From: Rotaria socialis
Taxonomy: Eukaryota
Length of the DNA: 39,398 nt
NCBI GenBank assembly: GCA_905331295.1
Contig: CAJNYD010000259.1
Coordinates: 1 to 39,398, forward strand
Direction: 5' to 3'
The notes beneath the pieces were generated by a model. It saw only the letters and a program-made list of their open reading frames with translations. It ran no database searches and was not told the origin of the DNA. Each line of letters begins with the position of its first letter. The stretch's first letter is position 1. Both the position numbers and the translations under genes were made by a program. This document shows positions 23,725 through 38,515 of this stretch, piece after piece.

Positions 23725-25139
23725 TTTATTTAACTCTTGGTTGCGTCTGTCATAGAGCGAATGTTAAATAGACATAAAACAAGTCTAGATATATGCTGTC
23801 AGAACATCGCACCATACTCTTTGTACAGTTTCTACATATATGGGTGGGTGGTTTTTTTTTCCCCATCATTTATCATCTCACCGAAATAGAAAGAGATACA
23901 TAGTAAATAATATCTACTAGATATTATGCTTACAATGAAGATTCAAAAAAGGAAACAGATCTTATATAAAAAATAACACATAGTCAATGCCTATACCCAA
24001 AACAAAAAAAAGTTATTTCTAACCAACTTTCTTGCTTGTGTCTGAAAACAGATTTGTAGTTAGTGGTCTTTGTAGGCGAGCTATGACGAAGATGTATGTA
24101 AAATAAAATAACATGACCTCATATTTACAACTTTATATATAGAAACATACTATTTATGATGATCCTGAATAGTAGATATTAACAACTAGTGTTGACACGT
24201 ACCAATAAAAGATAAAACTGGAAAAAGAATAATATCATCCTAGACTGATAATAGCCCAAGCAGTTATAAAGTGTTTATTTTCATAATTTTAGAATTCGAG
24301 AACCTTCTTCAGCTACATATCGATTATATTTGTTTTTACCAATTATAATGAAAATATTCTTTACAAGTATTGATATAATGGTATTTAAAACAACTTAGCG
24401 ATACATTATTATACTTTATATGAACCGATTCAAAGATTTTGTCAAGTGTGTACTTTGTCTCTACCTTTCTATTATCTCAATATTTTAAATATAATAATAA
24501 ATAACAATGGCTTGACCGTTGTCATCGTATTCGATCGTCATTAAATATCGTATACATACTAAAGTACTTAAAACCCTATTCTATTTTATTTCAAACAAGA
24601 GAACATATAAAATTTTTATTATAGCTGTCTGTCAGACACACACTTGTACATATACGAACTCGAATCATATGCTTTTCGCTTTCTCTCTCTCTCTGTCTTG
24701 CGATACCATGGGAATAGAACCATATTCAGTTGGCCTATGTTAAACAAATACAAACATATAATGGAGACGTAGACAGAGTACGACATCAAGTATTCTATCA
24801 TTGAAAAAGAGAAAATATAAAGAATAGAACAAACAAAAAGAGTTTCTTATGTAGGTATGCAACCGGTCTAGAGTACGTTATTTAGCTGTGAGAAAAGGAG
24901 GGGAAAGAAAATTTATAAAGAATGTAAAGCAATATGAACTCTTTCTCGTATTTTGGCTCTTATTCTATGGCTCAGTAAAAAAGAACGAAAGAACATATAG
25001 GTGTATATCAGTATGTATATATATATATATACTGAAGAAATGAGAGAGAGAGAGAGAGTTCGCATCAGTCCTTATGATCCTTTTTCAGAACAGGTACATA
25101 TACACATACACACACACTCCTAACACAACGTAATACAGA

Positions 25140-26077
25140 ATGGCTTGTTATTTTAATATTGCTTGCTTTTTCTCTACACTTTGTGCGTTCATTGCATTGA
25201 CGAGCCTTGTGCAATTTAGTGTTGGTATCTATTTCACGTATATTCAAAATGAGACAATTACAATCAATCATCTTATTCAAACCAACGAAATTGATTCATA
25301 TCCGGCGTATATTCTTTTTATATTTATTGGCTTAGGTTTCATCTCATTAATATTGACTTTCTCTTCAATGTATGGCATATCTAATAGAAATAGATCTTTA
25401 TCATTATTCTTCGCTGTCTTATGGGTAAGTTTTTAATTTAATTACTATTGTCTTTTGATGTTGAATACTAGAGATAGTTTCTTGTTTCTTTTTATAAATA
25501 GGTACTTACAGTTGCAATTAATCTTGTTATGTTTGCTATACTATTTCTCTACTACTATTTCAACTTTTCTGGATTGCGTGAGCGACTTGTCTATTCCCTT
25601 CAACAATCGTCTTCCAAGACAAGAAAATTACTCGATGATATTCAATCTAAACATTTATGTTGTGGAATTAATAATAAAGATGATTACAAAAATCTTTCTC
25701 TTGCTTTATTTCCTCAATCATGCTATCTTCAATTGAATTATTTGAATAAAACTGATATTAATAATAACGGTTTAAATAATACAAATTTATTGATGAATAC
25801 TGGTGGTTGTAATTCAATCGTTAATGACTATATTACTTTTCAATTGTGGACTATAGGTGTTATTATATGTGTTAGTGTTTTCTTACAGATATTGGCAATA
25901 ACATCTATGTGCGTTTTAAATCAGCGTCATCAAAAATTTGATGAAAATAAAAAATTTATGATTAGTCGTTTGGATGATGAAACATTATCTAATGAAAATG
26001 TTAATAATAACAACAATAACAACATTCATGACTCATGTAAAACTATTGACGAAATGATTGAAGTAACGCAAATTTGA
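25140..26077 (+). CDS. Tetraspanin, 2 exons
   Basis: Exons 25140-25424 and 25502-26077 join in frame; four TM segments; large loop with DDIQSKHLCCG, FPQSC and a final GGC cysteine. Confidence 0.9.
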
Positions 26078-27302
26078 AATTTTAAACGAAACAAAAATCT
26101 GATTATTCAATAATTATTACTAAAAAAATTAGTTTTAGGGTTATAATGTTGCGTATGCATGTTTGTATGTGTTTTTGTAGAAACTAATTTTTTTCTTTTG
26201 CTGCGTAGGCAATATATGATGTGAATTTTCCCTATAAACTCAATGAAAACAAGAATAATATTTGTTTACTATTAATAAAATTAACTGTTCGATTGAAATT
26301 TCTACGTAAAATCATTTGAATATTCGTTCGTATGAATAACTTTTAAGATTTTGCTTTTGGTTATATCACTAGAAACCAGAGTGACTCTTATACCAAATTG
26401 AAAGATATTTGATCATTTATTTATTGATTATTCTACTAACTAGAGTTATTGAATAATAGTCATTTCATATTTTAAATATTTTATGCTTCAGAATGAAGTA
26501 GCAAACAATACTACATTATAAGTTGATACAAAAGAATATGCCTATTGAAGTGAAATTTAGTTTGACTCGTCTATACAATTAGAAACGTCATAGAAACCTG
26601 AAGACAATGCTTATCAGAAATATGCATTAAAGTGGCTCTTTTTTTTTATCAAAAATATTATATTTCATGTCGTAAAACCTAAGATTAGTTTCTTCTGCCA
26701 ATATTCCATCTTCATACAAATTATAAAATATTATTAGCAAGTATTCATCACCATATACTATATTGCCTATTATATTTCTTTATGGAAGTTAAATTAAAAA
26801 AGATCATCTTATATGATTGAAGAAAACAATTAGATGACTAATCAAGTTTTGATTACTAAATAATAGTTAATCAATATTATAAATATTGAAGAACAATAGC
26901 TTAATTATCATGATTGAAAAAACGCATCTTCTTTAAGAATATCATCAAAATGAATAAATTTCATTTGTTCATAATTAACGTAAAGAACAAGAGATGAGAA
27001 TATGAAAATTTTCCTAATATGATTCCATTTAGATTGATAACTGTAAATAAAATAAAATATTATTTTACTTTTATTCGAATAAATCAATCAGAGTATCCTC
27101 AGTTTTATTCCTTATTCTGAAAACGAACGTTGGATTCTTTTAGAAATTTTAAATAGAAACGAAAAACAATCAGCTAGTTGATTTATGCAAGCAGTTGGAA
27201 GTTATCTTCCAACATCACAGTCGGTAAATTTGGAAACCTTGTTCCAAATAGCTAAACGAGAAAAAAAAACTGAAAAGTTCTGCATAATGACACCAATTAA
27301 AT

Positions 27303-29164
27303 TCATTTGGTAGCTGCAAATCTTGGTAGAATGTTTTGCACAATGGGCGTCTTAGCTAATGGTTTTATCACAAAAGTTGCAAGTTTTTGTAATAAATATA
27401 ATCCAGCAACAGAATAACCTGTTAAACGAAATAGTTTTAATACTTGATCTTGTCGTTGGCGTAATGCTAAACACTGTTTATACGGGATTCTTGTAAATGT
27501 TACCATTGTATATAATGGTACCCACCAGTTAGGTATTAATCGATATAAACAATTGTCGACTTTCTTACGCCAATAAAATGAAGTTTGAGTCACCAAATGA
27601 CTCATTTCACGATAGTTATACATTGATAAATCAACAATTGCATGAACATCATGTATCCGAGTTTTACTTGAATAAAAAGAAGTACTTATTATTTTACTAT
27701 TTTTACATTACATAAAATATTTACTTGTAATCAAAGAATGCTGTTGAAAACTGAAAATTATTTTGTTTTAATTTATCAAATAAAACTAATGCATCTTCAA
27801 ATGCTGAATTCATTCCTTGTGCATAAAACGGTACCATTGAATGAGCAGCATCGCCCATTAATAAAATATCTCCATTTGTTGAAACATGTGGTGAACATTT
27901 AATGGAGACCAGTGGTAATGGTTTTGATGAAAAAAATGTTTCAATCAAATCTTCTTGTCCAATGAATGAAATAGCATCGGGAAAATATTTTTGGAAAAAC
28001 GCTAAAAGTTCATCAGTTGTTGTTAATGTTTGAAAAATATTCAATGGTAAAAACAATGTTGTTGTAAAAGATTTATCTTGGTTTGGTAAAGCAATTAGCA
28101 TAAAGTCATGACGTGGCCATATGTGAAGATAATTTTTTTCCATAACAAACTTAATACGATAAAAGCGATGAAAACAAAAATAAATTACTTTGTATTATAT
28201 TTACTTCGCCATTCTTCGGAGGTATACAAAATTCCATATAATGAGATTCAACAAATTCTTGAGAAAAATTGACCGAATCAGTTTTCATCATTGCCGCACG
28301 AACAGCCGAATGGCATCTAAAAGTTTTCTTTTTCTGATTTCATTTAACAAAATCTTCTGTTTCAATTAATTACCCATCATAGCCGATAAGAGCATCGACT
28401 TCAAAATCAACATTTTCACCGGATTTACTAATTGAAATCAAATATAGGGCTATTTTTTCTTGAAGATTTTTATCAATTTATACTTTTGAAATGTTGCGAT
28501 TTTGTTTTCAGGATTCCAACTGACAAATTTATGTTGAAAATGAATTTTTATCTCAGGATATTTGCATGCTTCTGTACATAAAATTAAAGCAATAATAATT
28601 GACAAGTAATAAAATATAAATTTACCATCTAGTAGAAGTTCATTGAGAATACGACGATCAATCGATATTATTTCCTTGAAATATAGAGAAAACAAATCCC
28701 AGATGTTTTTTTTTTAACTTAAATATATTACATGTTCTGGTTTAGTACCATAAGGTACAGCTGCAGTATGACACTTAAGATCATGTAACATACGTGCACG
28801 CATGGGTATACCATTTCGAACAATAACATCTTCGCAATTGATATAAGCAAGAGCATCACGACCTCGACGAGATAATGCCATATTAATGCTGCGTCCTTTA
28901 ACTACTTTTTGATTACGAATATCTATATGAAAAGAAAACTTATTTATTCGTATGAAATTCAACTGATTCAGATAGACCTGGTCGTAATTCAAATAAATGA
29001 ACATTAATGCCATGTTTAGCAAAAAAGCAAGCACATAAAGCACCACCCTAGAAAATGAATGCAACAATTTCCTTATTGAAAACTCATTTCAACAGGTGAC
29101 GTACGAGTCCACCGCCAACAACAGCAATTGTTTTATTAGGATGACTTTCAGTTGTATTTGCCAT
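27303..29164 (-). CDS. KMO: Kynurenine 3-monooxygenase, multi-exon
   Basis: IAVVGGGLGG FAD motif, GRSINMALSRRG, GIPMRARMLH, SIDRRILNELLL, LHIWPR, FMLIALPNQDKSFTTTLF, GDAAHSMVPFYAQGMNSAFED, YNYREM, WVPLYTMVTFTRIPY; exons splice in frame. Confidence 0.95.
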
Positions 29165-30654
29165 ATCTATAAATTATAATGCACTGAATATGATTTTGAC
29201 AATTAAGACGAATGGTCACTGATTCAAGCAATAGTTTTTTTATAATAAGAAACCAAAACAACACAGTTTCATACAGTTTCTGTTGAGAAAGAAAGAAGGG
29301 AAGTAAATAATTTTCATTCGTAAAAAAATGCATACTCAATGAATATGTAGAAGGGTCAGCGAGTGAAAAATACATTTTTCTTCCTTTATCGATTATGTGA
29401 TCCAAGACATATTGGATACCGAAAAAGGACGATATCAAAAAAATGGAAACTTCATAGCAGCGACATCTAATCGATTTCTACTGGTATTTTGAAGAGTCAG
29501 TTACTCATACACCATTCGTGTTCTGCATTTTTTTAACTTCTACACATCTTCTTCCTCTTTTCATATGAAGTTTTCAGCTACTCCATTTATATTTGATATA
29601 ATTATGTAGATTAAATGTATTCATGTATTAAAACTTCCACATCACAAGTTTCAAATGATCACAATGAGGGTTAAAATGAGGGAAGTACTTTCTAAATAAA
29701 TCTTTTGGCTGATAATAAACTGAAATACTCACCTTAGAGATAATACTTCAAGAATTGTTTTGATGCACAGATCTATGCTGACAATGAAGTGAACCTGATA
29801 TTATAATCCTTTTGTAGGATCATGTATCATTCAAACGAAATCGAATACAAAGTTAATCGATGATTTTCCACGGCCATTGAAGGTTGTAATAAGATCGTTT
29901 ATGATCTTATCGAATCGCATATATCAACTACAAAGCTATTATTTCTGATAAAATAGGCATTAATAATATTTCCGATGTCTTACTATTCGTTTTTAAAAGA
30001 TTCCATATATTTCCCACAAGTTGGTGCACGTAATTTTGTCGTTTTTTCGCAATGTAGCACCTTTTCTCCCAGGTAAAATCGTTCACCTAGAATCACATTT
30101 ATAGATTCGTCAAAATAAATAAAACTGTAGGACAACATACACTAAGAAGAATCAAATAAAAAACTTGCAGTAACTCACTTTTTGTTGATTCAGTTGATAA
30201 AATGAAGTTAAAAAGATTTATTTGTATGTAATCAATTTTTTGCATTACGAAGAAAACAACGAAATGAGTCACTGAAATAATGAAAAATATATTACTATGT
30301 AATCAAAATCGATGATATCATGTATGTTCAACAGACAGACACAACCACACATTACATGTATCAGACTTCAACAAATTGGAAGATGACATGAACAAAATAT
30401 CTATTAATCAACTTTGTTATTCTCATTCGAAATTCCGCTATCAAAATTTTTTATATCAACCATGAACATGTAACAATTTCATTGGTTGCATTTTTGAATC
30501 TGAAAATTAGTACCGTGAGACATATTTCTCGGTCGAATAATTTAATGTTGATATAGATTCTAGTATTTTTTACAACTCATATGATATTCTCATATAGAAC
30601 ACATGGAGAATATTATCGATTGTGGTGCTTTGAATTACTTAAATATGATATATA

Positions 30655-31159
30655 TGTCGTAGGCCAATCTCGGATTCAGGCCGATCCCGGATTGGCCTAG
30701 GCCATTCTAAGATCCGAGTTTGGACTAGTCCAATCTTCGATTGATGCAATTCTATTCATTAATATATCAATAACTTTTTACATAAACTTTGGACTTGAGT
30801 CATTTTTTGACGTCATGTTCAGATAACGTCGTTTTATGTATTACAAACATTCACGGAGAAGCTTACTTTAGACTCGGAAGCTTATTAACAATTTTTCATA
30901 AAACTTGTTCCCGTAGAGAAATCTATTCATAACTCCTAATATTTTACTTGAATCTTTCCAAAACCTATTGTAGAAAGCAAATTGGCATCGTATGAACATG
31001 ATTTCAAAAAATGACTCAAATCTAAAGTTTATGTAAAAAGTTATTGATATATTAATGAATAGAATTGCATCAATCCAAGATTGGACTAGTCCAAACTAGG
31101 ATCTTAGAATGGCCTAGGCCAATCCGGGATTGACCTGGATCCGAGATTGGCCTACGACA
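30655..31159. mobile_element. ~505-bp MITE with ~155-bp TIRs (TGT...ACA) in a TA repeat
   Basis: 30655-~30810 is the near-perfect reverse complement of ~31004-31159; both flanks are (TA)n. Confidence 0.9.
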
Positions 31160-31333
31160 TATATATATATGAGTTCCACACTTTAGCTCCAAAGGGGGCT
31201 GTGCTAACAAAATTTTCAAAGTGTATCATCTTATTTTAGACATTACGTGAACTGGATCGTCTAAGAATATAGTACACTTAGCAATAGTGGTTGTCAATAA
31301 TTAATTGGTTCGCTTTTCATTTTCATAGTACAA

Positions 31334-34300
31334 ATGAAACTTTATCTGCACATTCTCAATGTTGTCGTAGCAACGCTAGTATTAACACAATCAGTGAAAG
31401 GAGTAGTAACATTTACTGATATTACGATTTTCTCAATTTTAAAAACTATGCCGAATCCTGATCCAATCGAACACCAGATACAGACTAATTCTATTTGGAG
31501 TTGGTCTCAACTAGTGCCTATGGAGAACATAATTTTATTTGTTGACAATGCAACATCGTGTTCTTTCCTTAAGACTGAATATCCAAACGTAACTTGTCAC
31601 AATTTTGCCTCACTCAAGTGTTGGCATTCAACTTACAACCGTCCTTACATCAATTGTGCTTTTGATATAGCTCAACAGCAAAAACAAAAATCAATTCTAG
31701 TCTTTGTCAATGGTGATATTATGTTACATAATAGCATGTCTCATACTATTTCCTTCGTAAATGCTACTATGCAAAAGTTTTTTCTTGTTGGATGTAGGCG
31801 AGACTATGAAATATCACCTTCGTTTAATTATTCTAATTCAGAAAAGACTTTACAAAATGGTTTGAATCATAGTCGAATTCATTCAACAACTGGCATTGAT
31901 TTTATTGCATTCAAAACAGACACTCCATTTCGCATGCCACCGTTTCTTGTTGGTGTTTATCGATGGGATAACTGGCTTTTAAGTGAAATCTTATTGAGAA
32001 CTAACATAACTGTTATTGATGTCACTCAATCGATCTTTATTATTCATCAACAGCGAAAAAAACCCGAAGGCGAGAAACCTGAACGTCACGCACTTCGGCG
32101 AGGTGCTATTTACAACGATGTGCTAGTAAAGAATACATCGGGAGAAGATTATAAAGTTGGCTTTATTAACAACGCTAATCAAATACTCACCGGAAACTGC
32201 GAACAAAGCCAATGTACATTCAAAGACAATTTGGACCGAAGCGAGACTGTTCTACTTAAACAAAGGGCAAATGCACAAAAGTATATAGCGGTACTTACAG
32301 TTACCAGTGGATATATGCCACTCGCATGGAATTGGGTGAGTTTAATAGTATTTCTTTCTAGATTTCAAAAATAATCTCTTGTATACATGAGAGAAAAGCG
32401 ATTTCTTTGAATATCATCCGAGCAAGACCTATTATATACATCTGAATACTTCATATGTCACTCAGCACAGTTTTTTAAGACTACAAAATTTGTTTCTGTA
32501 ATACACTAGTTTTTGAGAGCATTTACGTATCATTACTTGTTGTGATCCTCACTCACTCGTCTTGACTACTTTATTCCGAATACTGAAGCTTCAAGTAAAA
32601 ATGTTACGAATTTTGTCTGTGTATCAATTATCAATGAAAAAGCAGCAAAGCGGTGAGGTAAATCTAATGTATTCAGGTTTCACTTATGAGTTCTATAAAT
32701 GTATCAGTACGCATTCTTCGTTTTGAGTTCTCATAACAAAAAAGCATGAAAATAATTGACAAAAGAGACCATTGCACACAGCATGAAAACCGAAGAAATT
32801 CTGTTCATCACACATCGACTAACTAATTAGTTTATTTTGATCGATACATAAAAACCAAACTACTTTGTATGATGTATAATAGCATAAAAGCAAACGAATC
32901 TTTTTAAATCTAGATCTGTTGGACGAAAAGAATTGGATTTCGTAACTACATTTTACTTGCTGAAGATTTGGAAGCGTACAAAATACTAAGAGCCGCCAAT
33001 GAACCTGTGTTCATATCGAAAGAGCAGTCGTTGAATACTTCTTCAAAGTCAGAAGCTAAATATGGTTCATACGATTTCCAGATTACTATGATGTATCGTC
33101 TTGAATTCCTCATGCGTGTGCTTCGAGCAGGTTTTCACTTTCTCAGTGCAGATATGGATACTCTTTGGCTTTCAAATCCATTCAATTATATTTCACATAA
33201 CCTATCGATTACAATTCAAGGTCAAACACACAAACAAACAAAAATGAGCGGAGGTTTTATTATTATCCATGCCACTTCAAAAGGTCGCAAATTGTGGCAA
33301 GATGTAATCAAATGCCAGAATCAGAATCTTGTAGACTTGCGAGAGCAGCAGCATCTCAAGCGTAAACGTCCAGCGAGCGATCTCACAGAGCAAGAATGTA
33401 TTAACAATAGACTTAATACGACCACAATTAATCTGCTTGATCCATATCTTTTTCCTGATGGACGATCTTTCTTTGACCTGCACCGACCGCAAAGTCGAGG
33501 GATTGTTCCAGTGGTCATTCATGGCAATTGGCTTGTAGGATTGGAGGCAAAAATAAAGCGATTACAATCATGGAATCTTCTGGCGAGCACAGGTAGCTCA
33601 TGTGACCCATTGGAGAGTGGTATACCTTATTCTCTGTCCAATAGGACTAACCCTGTTCACATTCGTATTAGAGTTCTCACATACAATCGACTGCAGAGTC
33701 TTCAACGACTACTTAAAAGTCTTCAAGCTGCTAATTACTTGAACGATTCTGTGACACTAGACATTTCTGTTGATCGACCTTCCGCAGGAGCTAGTTCAAG
33801 TGAAAAAGAGCAATGGAAAAAAGTTATGGACTATGTTGGGGATGGTGAGACGCATGCATCAAAATTTAAGTAAGCTTGAAGAAAGATATAATTCCAAAAA
33901 AGTAGACGGGCAACGAAAACCGCTATGTTCCATCTAAAATAGATTATTTTCAAATCAAGTTTTAGTAAAATATTCTACGAGAGTACTCTTTAGAAAAAGG
34001 TGTAGCGTCGAACTCTTTTATGGCTTTGGCCATCGAGTAAAGTTCTTTTGGTTATAGTTCTGGATATCATGTTGGGAACCTTTTTCAGTGCTAATCAACA
34101 AGTAAAAAAGTCTAAAACAATTTCAGACTATCCGACTAAACCTTTTGCCAATCCAAGTGAACATGTATAAAAGTGACAAACGGTACAGAAAGCGGTAGAA
34201 GCGAGGGTTCTCTTGTCATTTATATTCATATTGTCATCAAATGAAATGTGTTTGTTATAATAGATCAAATAAATTACGATAACAGAATATTCAGTGTCAC

Positions 34301-35931
34301 GCAGTTTGCGAGAAGTTTAAATGTATTGCAGCTATTGATACCGAGTGATACATTATAGAAACAGACTGAAAAGCAAGTTGTTATGATGTTTTCACAAAAA
34401 TAGACTCGGATTGTTAACCTAGTTCAAGTAGCTTAGACTGTGTGACACTCTGAATAGAGTATTACGTATATTACTAGAATTGATTCGATATTTTTATGAT
34501 TTGAATGGTACTTCGAGATCATTGACAGTAATCCAAAGAAAACTGTAAGTCTAATATTCGCAAAATCTGAATATTAAGAGTTGTTATTTTGAAAAAAGCA
34601 ATAATCAGCGTCTTGATATAGTAGAAATTATACAGCTTGAAAGCATTAAATCATTTTAAAACTCATCTTTAGAATCACAGCTATAGTCATGTTCATATTT
34701 CAATCCCACAAGGATTGTACTAGCAACTATTAATTAAAGCATTTTATTTTCTCTGAATTCAAGATTTTTAATGCACATGGGAATAATTGAATCTATTATT
34801 TAGATGGTCGCATGGCCCTCTCTCAATTATTGTTCACAAAAATCATGTTGGCTTGCTAGGCCAATGGACAGTATCTACTGATCATCAAGATATTCAGTTG
34901 TTTCTCGAAGACGACGTTGCAGTTTCACCTCACTTCTATATTTTTCTCAAACAAGCTATCGACTTTTACTACATAAATGAGAGCAACTATGACAGTCGAA
35001 TGTTTGGTCTCTCCATGCAGCATCAGCACACGGTGCTTGGACAGAGAACGGGCTTCAGCATTCGATCGATTGATAAAGAATTGAATGAGACTGGCGCTCC
35101 CACGTTTTTTAAATATCAGCTACTTGGTGAGTTTTTGCCAAGATTTGTCACTTTTAATGTTCTTGACTTTGAATTCTAGGAACATGGGGTGCAGTTTTCT
35201 TTCCTGAACATTGGCACGCCTTCTTAGAATGGATCGCGACGATAAAGACTGAAAACATAGAGGAAGGATGTACGCCCGGTGGTCTTCTTTCGACAGAATG
35301 GTGGATGAGCCGACATCTCGCTGGAAGAATGTGGACACACTGGTTTATTCGATTTGCTTATGAACGAGGATGGTATTCACTTTACACTAACTTTCCAAAT
35401 CGAGAGGCTCTTATTGTAAACTACCGTGAGAGTGGTCTCAATTTCAACGTAACTCGAGGACCAATGAATCCTATTGTCGAACATCTGCAGCCTGATCTTC
35501 ATTTAAATTTCACAAAAAATCTTCCTGTATTCGACTATCACTTTAGTCTTATAGATCAACCAACTCTTCTTTCTATGAGACACAATCTTTGGCATCGACA
35601 TTATTTTGTAAACCAGTGTCGAATAATAGAAAAAAACCATAAAGTCACAGCTAAACTGGTAAAACTAAAAAAGCAACTCTTAGTGAAACCAAAAACCAGA
35701 GCATCGACGTATATCAAAGAACATAAAAACGGGACTCGAACTACCAGAAGCATTGAAACTTCGCTATTAGAAGACGTATCACTAAGACTATCACCATCTT
35801 CAGATTGCTTTAAATGGTTTCTATTATTCGAACTAATTTTCGTTTTCCCTATCGCTCTTCTTATTGTTCTTGGAGTTTGCCTGCTTAGTCGAAAAAAACA
35901 AGCATTTCGTAAAAAACAATTCAAAAGATAA
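31334..35931 (+). CDS. ~1010-aa multidomain glycosyltransferase-like protein: signal peptide, GT-A-like domain, nucleotide-diphospho-sugar transferase (GT77-like), GT2-like domain, C-terminal TM
   Basis: Exons 31334-32335, 32914-33869, 34804-35126, 35180-35931 total 3033 nt in one open frame. Motifs: FVNGDI and PPFLVGVYRWDNWL; FLSADMD and HGNWLVGLEAKIKRL; VLTYNRLQSLQRLLKSL, WSHG, LFLEDDVAVSP and YQLLGTWGAVFFP. Hydrophobic C-terminal helix then a basic tail. Confidence 0.85.
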
Positions 35932-36691
35932 AGTGATATTTGCATTCTTGAGATTGTGAACGATCCCTATTTAGTATTACATCATCAATTACTTATCTGC
36001 CATCGACGAAAGAGTACATTTAAAACAGGGGTGTTGCTTTATCTTTACTTTATGAAATAAATATAACTATAACTGAATCAATCTTTATTATTTAATAAGA
36101 AAAGCTGTTATCGCGAACTCTGTTGAATTAAAATGAAAAACACGATGAATATGCTTTCTAGAGACCGGCTATTAAGACCTGTAATATACTTAGATTGATC
36201 ACTACGACCGATTAGCACCCTATCATATATGGTCTATCACAGCGATTGTTTACACGTGAAAGTCTACGGTAATATGACTATGACATAGTAGTGATGATCT
36301 CATACAGGGATGCATTATATCCCCGTAACAACATCGTAATCGATCGTATTCCACTAAACCTGCAAAGATGATTTACACAACATGCTAGTGACTAATAATT
36401 GCACTAAATACAGGTTTTCTGCAAAGCATCACCACAACATCATACTTATACATTAGAGCAGCAGCAGGAACTACTGTTCGACATAAATCTAAATTTCTGC
36501 AGAAATCATCACAAACGATCACTGATGAATAACATTGATGGACAGCATCCAAACATACACATTTATTGGTCTCTGATAACTAAATAATAGGACACATGAA
36601 AAATGACTAGATGAAAAGAAACATCAATAAAATGCTGATTTCGTATATTTTAACGCGTAATGTGTTCGAGATCAAAAAAATCCCTGTATAA

Positions 36692-37562
36692 CAGCGATGG
36701 GATCGGTTGGTGTTTTTCTTGGAACCGAATTGAACCGAGCCGATCGAATTTTTCAAAATTTTGCTTTTATTTTAGAAATATCTTTTCATTGAAAAAACAC
36801 TGCAGCGTATGTTTGTTGGATATGCATCCATTTGTTTTTTGTTAATCAGAAACGCTTCACTACATTTTCGTTCGTCATTAAGTGCAAAGAACAGAATTTG
36901 TTTTAACTAGCAGATTCTTATTCTTTGAATAACGTTCTGTGAAAGTGTCACACGCCTAGGTTTTAAGAAATACTTTATATATGTTATGCTTTCCGTCGTT
37001 GCTGTGTACTTGCTTAGTTTATCATTTCGCAGTGATGGAGCACTTGAAAATAATAGCGTAGCTAATAATGATGGGAAGTGCATCTATTCAAAATAAAACT
37101 GTATTCCTACAAGATAGAAAGATTTTGTTTCTTATAGTTTAAAAAGTAATAACCATTAGGACTGACTAAACTTGAAAGGGCTAAAAAGTTGAGGAAAATT
37201 ATCCGTTTTAAAATACTAATTAGATTATTTTTTTTCTAACTTCATTGTAGTATTTTGAAGATAATTTTGAAGTTCAAAACAAAGCGAGATTTAATTAGCC
37301 AATTGAAAAATAATTAAAATTGATAATCAATTAATATTTGTTTGAATATTAACGCTTGCTACCAAAAGGTTGTCTGTAATAGTATATACTGAATGATGAA
37401 CAAAACTATTACTCGTCTCTGAAGATTTATGAAACAGTTGAGTAAGCCATAAAAATGTGCTATACTTTCTTCATTTACTTTAAATGAACAGGTTTCCAAA
37501 TATATTCGAATATATATTTAAATGAAATCGATTGCCACTATTTCGAACCGGTCCCATTACTG
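36692..37562. mobile_element. Putative old non-autonomous hAT-like element
   Basis: CAGCGATGGGATCGGTT vs AACCGGTCCCATTACTG (17-bp inverted repeat, 3 mismatches); AACCG subterminal motifs; no 8-bp TSD retained. Confidence 0.4.
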
Positions 37563-38515
37563 AGAACAATGTAAATAGATGTATTTGATCTTATCATCTT
37601 TTCTAATTCTAGTTTTCTCACTTCCATTTGTTTTATTTATGTATTTGAACGAGAACAAAAAAAAAGGATTTTGTAGAATTTAGAGAAAGAAACACAAATA
37701 GATCTCAAATAACAGAAAAAATAATGAAAGAATGAATCAACATGTGTACAGATTAAAATTTCTCTTATAACAACACACGAAACATACACACAAATATATT
37801 TGTGGAAAGTTTTTTTTTTCTGTACAATTAAACAGAGTGCGAAATACACATAAATCCAGAGAAAAACGAGAACAGTAGACCATTCATGTTTATCTTGTTG
37901 GTTATTTTAAATAAATAGAAGCTACGGCAACGAGTAAAAAGATGACTACTATTTACAGGCAACATGCTCAATAACTGGAGTTTTTTTTTTCTTTTATATT
38001 CAATTTTTATTTGAACAACAAAAATAAAAGAAAAGCAGACACTCACAAAATAATTTGGAAAAAATTCTATGTACAAACAGAAAAATGATTGCAACATGTG
38101 ATAAGGTAGTTATTTCAGTTGTGCAGTCAATTCATATAAAATAGAAGATACTGTTCTGCACATACAAGCTAACGAATAAAATGAGACAGAACGAGAGAGA
38201 AAAAGAAAAAGATTTGAAATTCTCTTTAATAGCAGTTTACTGTTTATAAATTATCTTTGCTAACATCAGCAATTATATCGCTACTTTAAAGAAAAGAATA
38301 AATAGTTGAACCTACATTTTGCGTACACATATAAAGACAATCAAAATAGAGTGTGCACGCGATCGCAACAAGGAAAAAATGAAGGAAAAATAAAACTCGA
38401 AAAGGGCGGGAGACGTTAACAGCCGAAATCGGTCTCCTATTCAAACACGACTTTTTCGTTTTCATTATGCTAGTTCTGACGCTACATCAACATTTTAAGC
38501 CACATTTAGTCATTG

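Noticed and set aside
33277..35945. Minus-strand ORFs at 33277, 33321, 35120 and 35601
   Set aside because: Antisense shadows of the glycosyltransferase exons.
36200..36600. Possible small Cys-rich spliced gene or snoRNA-like TGATGA motifs on the minus strand
   Set aside because: No consistent reading frame or box pairing could be assembled.
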